A DNA stretch of 64,000 bases from an uncultured Candidatus Saccharibacteria bacterium (GTDB lineage: Bacteria; Patescibacteriota; Minisyncoccia; Phycocordibacterales; UBA918), in contig CAZVFY010000004.1 of NCBI GenBank assembly GCA_964626635.1, positions 530 to 64,529 of the forward strand, given 5' to 3'. Of the stretch, positions 59,410 through 64,000 are shown one piece after another. The notes beneath the pieces were generated by a model that saw nothing but the letters and a program-made list of their open reading frames with translations, searched no databases and was not told the origin of the DNA. Made by a program: the position numbers and the translations under genes. Every line of letters begins with the position of its first letter. Within the stretch, counting starts at the first letter, position 1.

Positions 59410-60831
59410 ATGCGAACTATCACTGACATCCAAGCTGAATACACTACCGGTACCAAACCAATAGACGTTATGACGCAGTACCTCGACGTCATTAAAGACA
59501 AGAATGATGACATCAACGCGCTGCTTGATGTCTATCAAAACGAGGCTATGGCGGCCGCTGCAAACGCAAGCGGGCAACTCGCCGCTGAGCAGCCCGTCCC
59601 GCTGGCAGGCGTACCGATCGTAATCAAGAACAACATCATGTACGCCGACCATCGTGTCACCGCGGCATCGAAAATGCTCGAGCATTACACCGCGACCTAC
59701 AGCGCCACGATCGTCGATCGATTAAAAGCCGCTGGAGCGATCATCATCGGCGCAGCGAACCTCGATGAGTTTGCGATGGGTAGTTCGACTGAGAACTCAG
59801 CCTTTGGCGTCACCAAAAATCCGCATGATACTACCCGTGTCCCAGGTGGTACTTCCGGTGGGTCTGCCGCGGCGGTCGCAGCAGGAATGGTGCCAGCCGC
59901 TATTGGTACTGATACGGGCGGGTCGGTGCGGCAGCCCGCTAGTTACTGTGGCCTCGTCGGGTACAAGCCGACGTATGGCGCAGTGTCACGATACGGCTTA
60001 CTGGCCATGGGGTCGAGTCTCGATCAGGCTGGTCCACTGACACACACGGTTGCTGACGCCGAGTTATTACACAACATCATGAGCGGGCATGATCCACTCG
60101 ACGGCACCACCATCCAGCTTGACACGTATCCCGAGGTCTCTGCCAAAGACTCCTACACCATCGGTGTACCTCGCTCATTCCTGACCAACGGGGTCGATCC
60201 AGATGTGCTGACCGCGTTTGAGGCGCAGCTGGAGTCGCTACGCTCGGCGGGGCACAGCGTCGTCGACATCGACTTGCCGCTCTTTGAGAACGGACTAGCG
60301 GCGTACTACATTGTCATGCCGGCCGAGGTGTCGTCGAACTTAGCTCGATATGACGGTATGCGCTACGGCCTATCGGTTGATTCAGACGTCATTGCTGATA
60401 TCTATAAAGACACCCGGGCCGCCGGCTTTGGGGCTGAGGTCAAGCGGCGGATCTTGCTCGGGACATACGTCTTGTCATCTGGTTACTATGACGCTTACTA
60501 CACCAAAGCCGAACAATTACGGACGCTCATGCGACAAGAATTAGACCGGACCTTCCAATCGGTTGATATCATCGCGACGCCAACCGCGCCGACACCAGCC
60601 TTTCGGATCGGCGAACAGTCTGACCCACTCTCAATGTACCGCCAAGACATCTTTACTGTACCGGTCAACCTGACGGGTGTGCCAGCGCTCTCGGTGCCAA
60701 TGGGAACCGTTGACAGGTCCGGTGTCTCGCTGCCAGTTGGCGTACAATATATAGGACCGCACGCCGGTGACGCGCGTTTGTTTGCGTTCGGCAAGGCAAC
60801 CTATGATTCTCAAATTCATCCAGGACAATAA
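59410..60831 (+). CDS. gatA: Asp/Glu-tRNA amidotransferase subunit A
   Basis: Amidase signature GGSSGGSAAAVAAG; Ser-cisSer-Lys triad context. Confidence 0.9.
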   Translation: MRTITDIQAEYTTGTKPIDVMTQYLDVIKDKNDDINALLDVYQNEAMAAAANASGQLAAEQPVPLAGVPIVIKNNIMYADHRVTAASKMLEHYTATYSATIVDRLKAAGAIIIGAANLDEFAMGSSTENSAFGVTKNPHDTTRVPGGTSGGSAAAVAAGMVPAAIGTDTGGSVRQPASYCGLVGYKPTYGAVSRYGLLAMGSSLDQAGPLTHTVADAELLHNIMSGHDPLDGTTIQLDTYPEVSAKDSYTIGVPRSFLTNGVDPDVLTAFEAQLESLRSAGHSVVDIDLPLFENGLAAYYIVMPAEVSSNLARYDGMRYGLSVDSDVIADIYKDTRAAGFGAEVKRRILLGTYVLSSGYYDAYYTKAEQLRTLMRQELDRTFQSVDIIATPTAPTPAFRIGEQSDPLSMYRQDIFTVPVNLTGVPALSVPMGTVDRSGVSLPVGVQYIGPHAGDARLFAFGKATYDSQIHPGQ

Positions 60832-61471
60832 TCCCGTCGACCCGCGTCAACGATTTATTCCGAACGCAGAGATCGACGTCGATACCAACGCGCCCAGCAC
60901 TCCCGAACCGTTTTTAAATGATGCCAACTGGTTTTCTTGGCTCGATGGGGGGGCATTGTGGGGATTCTTGGGAACACTCGGCGCGATCATTAGTTTCTTG
61001 TGGTCAATCTATGCGTTCCTCGCGTATCTACTGTGCATCATATTCATCGTGCTCTACATTTATGCGACTATCCGCAAGCAAGAGTACGACGCTCTTACGG
61101 CCGAGGTAATTCGTAACGAAGAAAAGCGCTGGGACGAACTGTACGGTGCCCGTGGGCAAACAAGTGTGTTAGGCGACGTCAATGCCTACGTCAGTTCAGA
61201 GAATCCCAACGATTGGAAACTGGCGATTATTGAGGCTGACATACTGTTGGCCGACTCGCTACGCGACCGGGGGTACGTCGGCGATACGCTCGGCGAGCGC
61301 TTGCGCCACATCACTCCCAACCAGCTCAGTAGCATTGACGACGCCTGGGAAGCGCACAAGGTTCGCAACAAAATTGCTCATGAAGGCGCAGACTTTGTCC
61401 TCACCAAACGCATTGCCGAGGAAACTATCAATCGCTATCGTCGCGTCCTAAACGAACTCGGAGTACAATAG
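60803..61471 (+). CDS. hypothetical membrane protein
   Basis: Two TM helices then soluble domain; overlaps gatA 3' end. Confidence 0.4.
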   Translation: MILKFIQDNNPVDPRQRFIPNAEIDVDTNAPSTPEPFLNDANWFSWLDGGALWGFLGTLGAIISFLWSIYAFLAYLLCIIFIVLYIYATIRKQEYDALTAEVIRNEEKRWDELYGARGQTSVLGDVNAYVSSENPNDWKLAIIEADILLADSLRDRGYVGDTLGERLRHITPNQLSSIDDAWEAHKVRNKIAHEGADFVLTKRIAEETINRYRRVLNELGVQ

Positions 61472-61503
61472 TTAGCTGGGTAAAAATAGAGTGCAGGATG
61501 TCT

Positions 61504-61531
61504 TGCGTCTACTCAAATTTCTGTTATACTA
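61504..61531 (+). promoter_or_regulatory. putative promoter of tRNA-Met (TTGCGT-N16-TATACT)
   Basis: -10 ends 9 nt before tRNA 5' end. Confidence 0.4.
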
Positions 61532-61540
61532 CTAACTCAT

Positions 61541-61612
61541 CGCGGGATGGAGGAGGGGTTACCTCGGGAGGCTCATAACCTCCAGGGTCGGGTTCGAGTC
61601 CCGATCCCGCAA
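61541..61612 (+). tRNA. tRNA-Met (anticodon CAU), initiator-like (C1:A72 mismatch)
   Basis: CGCGGGA-TG-GAGG-AGGGGTTA-CCTC-G-GGAGG-CTCATAA-CCTCC-AGGG-TCGGG-TTCGAGT-CCCGA-TCCCGCA-A; the 29:41 pair is A:U rather than G:C. Confidence 0.75.
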
Positions 61613-61735
61613 CAATAAAACTAACACTGGGCTCGCTATGTGAGACCGGTGTTAGTTTTTGGCAAAAGTTGGCGTGTCAAACTACATGATCAAAAAGTGG
61701 GTCGCGCAAGATAGCGCGACCCACAGGGTCAGGGT

Positions 61736-62506
61736 CTAGAAAGGTATGTCATCGACGCGTGGTATGGGTCGAGGCGGAAACGCGATCGGTGGCGGCAGTT
61801 CGGCGCCGCCTACACCCCGACAGGCAGCGGGATGTATTGTGCGGTGCATCCTCTCGTACCACCGCCCCGTCCGCTCGGCACAAGTGAACCGGGTGCGCGA
61901 GCGGATCTCCTTTCCATTGCCGGCACGAATACGACCCCGAAAGGTAACCGCTTTACCGTTACGTCGATGGGTTACTTGTACGCCGGTAGGCAAATCGGCG
62001 TTGGTTGCTCTTACCCTACGGGCAATGTTACCCATATTACTCGTTTGCGTTGTTGTCCTGAGGTTACAATCTCGGTTGTCGAGCGTGTGTCCGTTTTGGT
62101 GGTCAACAACTGTACGCTTGCCTGACCGTATGACGCCGCATACGTAGCGGTGCAACAAGATCTGTGACGGCGCGCCATGGCCTCTCTCGCGGTTCGTGGC
62201 GCGCCGTTTGGCGTATACGCTGATGATTGCTCCTGTTCTGGTGTCGTGACTGACGGATGCACACCAGTTAAATTTACATAAAATGGAGTAATCTGCAGGC
62301 GAGACAATTGTGAAGAAGCCTTTGGTCAGTGGGATGATACCGTACTTTTGATAGTAGTCGACCGGTAGTCCGTATGTTTCAAAACAAAACGCCTCATACT
62401 CTGGCTCTAGGTTGAGTGGCGTAATATCATCAGCCGCCCGTTCTGGATCTGGTAGTCTGGCGGCTGCCTCAAAGGCAGCCGTTTCGTCAAATGGGTCATA
62501 CGTCAT
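61736..62506 (-). CDS. HNH endonuclease domain protein
   Basis: LHRYVCG…VVDHQNGHTLDNRDCNLR motif. Confidence 0.55.
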   Translation of the reverse strand: MTYDPFDETAAFEAAARLPDPERAADDITPLNLEPEYEAFCFETYGLPVDYYQKYGIIPLTKGFFTIVSPADYSILCKFNWCASVSHDTRTGAIISVYAKRRATNRERGHGAPSQILLHRYVCGVIRSGKRTVVDHQNGHTLDNRDCNLRTTTQTSNMGNIARRVRATNADLPTGVQVTHRRNGKAVTFRGRIRAGNGKEIRSRTRFTCAERTGRWYERMHRTIHPAACRGVGGAELPPPIAFPPRPIPRVDDIPF

Positions 62507-62647
62507 CGCACCACCTCTCTAGGTTTGAATTGTGAAGGAACTGATCGTCATTATTGCATACCCTTCGCGCTCACTCACTTTACTTTTCACAATACCTTGG
62601 TCCAGATACAAAAACCGGGGGCAGCGACGCTGCCCCCGGCGAGGATC

Positions 62648-63820
62648 CTATAACAGAATCACTTGTTCGGGTGATTTGGATTTTGTGACTGACACGGGCG
62701 GTCTGTCCAACACCACTTGAGGGACGTGCTCCTCAAACCTAAATCGCGGATTCAGGTACAAGTGGCCGCCGTACGCTTCAGGCCGTTCACCTCTGCGCTG
62801 ATAGTACGGACCGGCTGGTATGGCCAGTTCGCAGGTAGCGCGGATCGGACACTGCCCACAGGTATTGAGGATGCGCATAAGGTGTCGTCGCTGCAACAGT
62901 CTCGTGTGCGGGTCACGGAGGCCGCCATCCAAATCAAGTCCGCCAGCACTTGCCGCCGTATGGTCGGGTGACCGGCGGGTCGTGATGGGTGAATTGCCAC
63001 ACGCTTCGAGCGAAAACAACCAGATCGCGTCAGCCAACGCAACCGGGTCTGCCTCACGACCCTCTAGATATTTCATCGTGAGATCGCGCCATGGAGCTGA
63101 AATCAGCTCATGGTTTCTGAGACTGATCGGCTCTGGTACTAGTCGCAGCACCCGCTGTCCGAGTCCGATTCGAAAGTTGTGAAAGTCTGCTGGAGTCGGA
63201 TACACGAAGCGCGTTTCCAGTAACCCTTCCCAGTCGAGGAAGTACACCAACATCGCGACCATCTTGGGGCGAAATCCGACGAAGCCCTGGTGTTTGCCTC
63301 TGGTAGAAGCTTTCCCAAACACGTTGCGTTTAGGCCAATGGTCTCCATTCCAGATTCGCCGTTGCGCCTCATCCCAGCTGGTAAGGTCTTTACATATGTT
63401 TGAAACCTTACCATCCCAGTTCCGCACCAGACGCTTTGAATTCAAGATCCAAAACTTCGCTACGTTGGCCGCATCCCAGCCGATGTATTCTTTCAGTATT
63501 GGTCTGAGTTCTGCGACGGTTAGCTGCTGGGCGTGGTGTGGGTCAAACAGGTCCTGATGGTCTGTGTAAAGATTGATGAGTGCCCGGAACGCTTGTGCGC
63601 TTTCGATTCCTCCGCGCATGTACAAACACGCGTAGAAGTAAAAGCAATAAATTGTTTCCGGATTCTCGTGGTGACGAATACTATCTGGGATCAGCGTCTG
63701 TGGAATGAGGGCGCCGGGTCGGTTGTATGGGAATGATTTGGCTGCCCATAACGAGAGTAGCTGGTCGAACAACGCAAAGCCGCGCTGCTCATCAACGATG
63801 ACGCGAGGCGAGTTGCTCAT
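62648..63820 (-). CDS. hypothetical protein with C-terminal CxxC…C motif (390 aa)
   Basis: Long ORF; CGQCPIRATCE near C-terminus. Confidence 0.45.
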   Translation of the reverse strand: MSNSPRVIVDEQRGFALFDQLLSLWAAKSFPYNRPGALIPQTLIPDSIRHHENPETIYCFYFYACLYMRGGIESAQAFRALINLYTDHQDLFDPHHAQQLTVAELRPILKEYIGWDAANVAKFWILNSKRLVRNWDGKVSNICKDLTSWDEAQRRIWNGDHWPKRNVFGKASTRGKHQGFVGFRPKMVAMLVYFLDWEGLLETRFVYPTPADFHNFRIGLGQRVLRLVPEPISLRNHELISAPWRDLTMKYLEGREADPVALADAIWLFSLEACGNSPITTRRSPDHTAASAGGLDLDGGLRDPHTRLLQRRHLMRILNTCGQCPIRATCELAIPAGPYYQRRGERPEAYGGHLYLNPRFRFEEHVPQVVLDRPPVSVTKSKSPEQVILL

Positions 63821-63933
63821 GAGTCGCTCCTATGGTGTTGCGAGACGTCCTTTGTAAAAGAACTTTGTGATCAGGTATAGCATTTTGGGAAAAGTTTGTA
63901 TATGGTTTGCGAAACGATATATAGTGATGGGAT

Positions 63934-64000
63934 ATGCAAGCCATCATCCTCGCGGCGGGTAAGGGCACTCGCCTGCGCCCACTCACAGAAAATACTCCCA
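63934..64000 (+). CDS. sugar-phosphate nucleotidyltransferase (5' fragment, runs off window)
   Basis: MQAIILAAGKGTRLRPLTE… G-x-G-T-R-L NTP-transferase motif. Confidence 0.5.
   Translation, partial: MQAIILAAGKGTRLRPLTENTP

Overview
This is a compact bacterial chromosomal segment. Backbone genes are moderately GC-rich (roughly 55-60% by eye). It carries one AT-rich island of about 25 kb, integrated at the 3' end of a tRNA-Ser(GCU) gene.

Backbone, left to right:
- smpB and ftsH.
- A MacAB-like tripartite ABC efflux operon (membrane fusion protein, permease, ATPase).
- A tRNA with anticodon UAU.
- recG.
- A GC-rich stretch holding two strongly signalled small ORFs and a VPLPA-CTERM (PEP-CTERM variant) surface-protein gene interrupted by one in-frame TAG.
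- Malic enzyme, a flavodoxin-like NAD(P)H:quinone oxidoreductase, then tRNA-Ser.

Beyond the island:
- A cation/H+ antiporter, an AlkA-like glycosylase, gdhA, two SGNH hydrolases and comF.
- A complete type IV pilus locus (pilM/N/O/small protein/pilB/receiver-only response regulator/pilT/pilC/pilA/pilD plus four minor pilins).
- ligA and gatCA.
- A tRNA-Met with the C1:A72 initiator hallmark.
- An HNH nuclease plus a Cys-motif protein, and the start of a sugar nucleotidyltransferase.

The island (about 13713-38880) is bounded by an 18-bp direct repeat of the tRNA-Ser 3' end. It contains:
- A Met-rich multicopper oxidase islet with degenerate tandem att remnants.
- A tightly coupled operon encoding a MotB-like protein, a MotA/ExbB-like coiled-coil protein and an HNH nuclease. 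This resembles Zorya type II but with non-canonical gene order and upstream unknown genes, including a membrane-anchored FtsK-gamma domain protein.
- A large serine recombinase.
- A DUF2779 protein.
- A Type III restriction-modification system (mod/res).
- A complete diversity-generating retroelement (RT, Avd, TR, VR and target gene). The TR-VR differences are strictly adenine-specific, and the avd orientation is unusual.
- A phage-like block with two DNA methyltransferases, one a ParB-nuclease fusion, among unknown genes.

No CRISPR array or rRNA was seen. All calls rest on reading motifs in the supplied translations and sequence. No database search was run.
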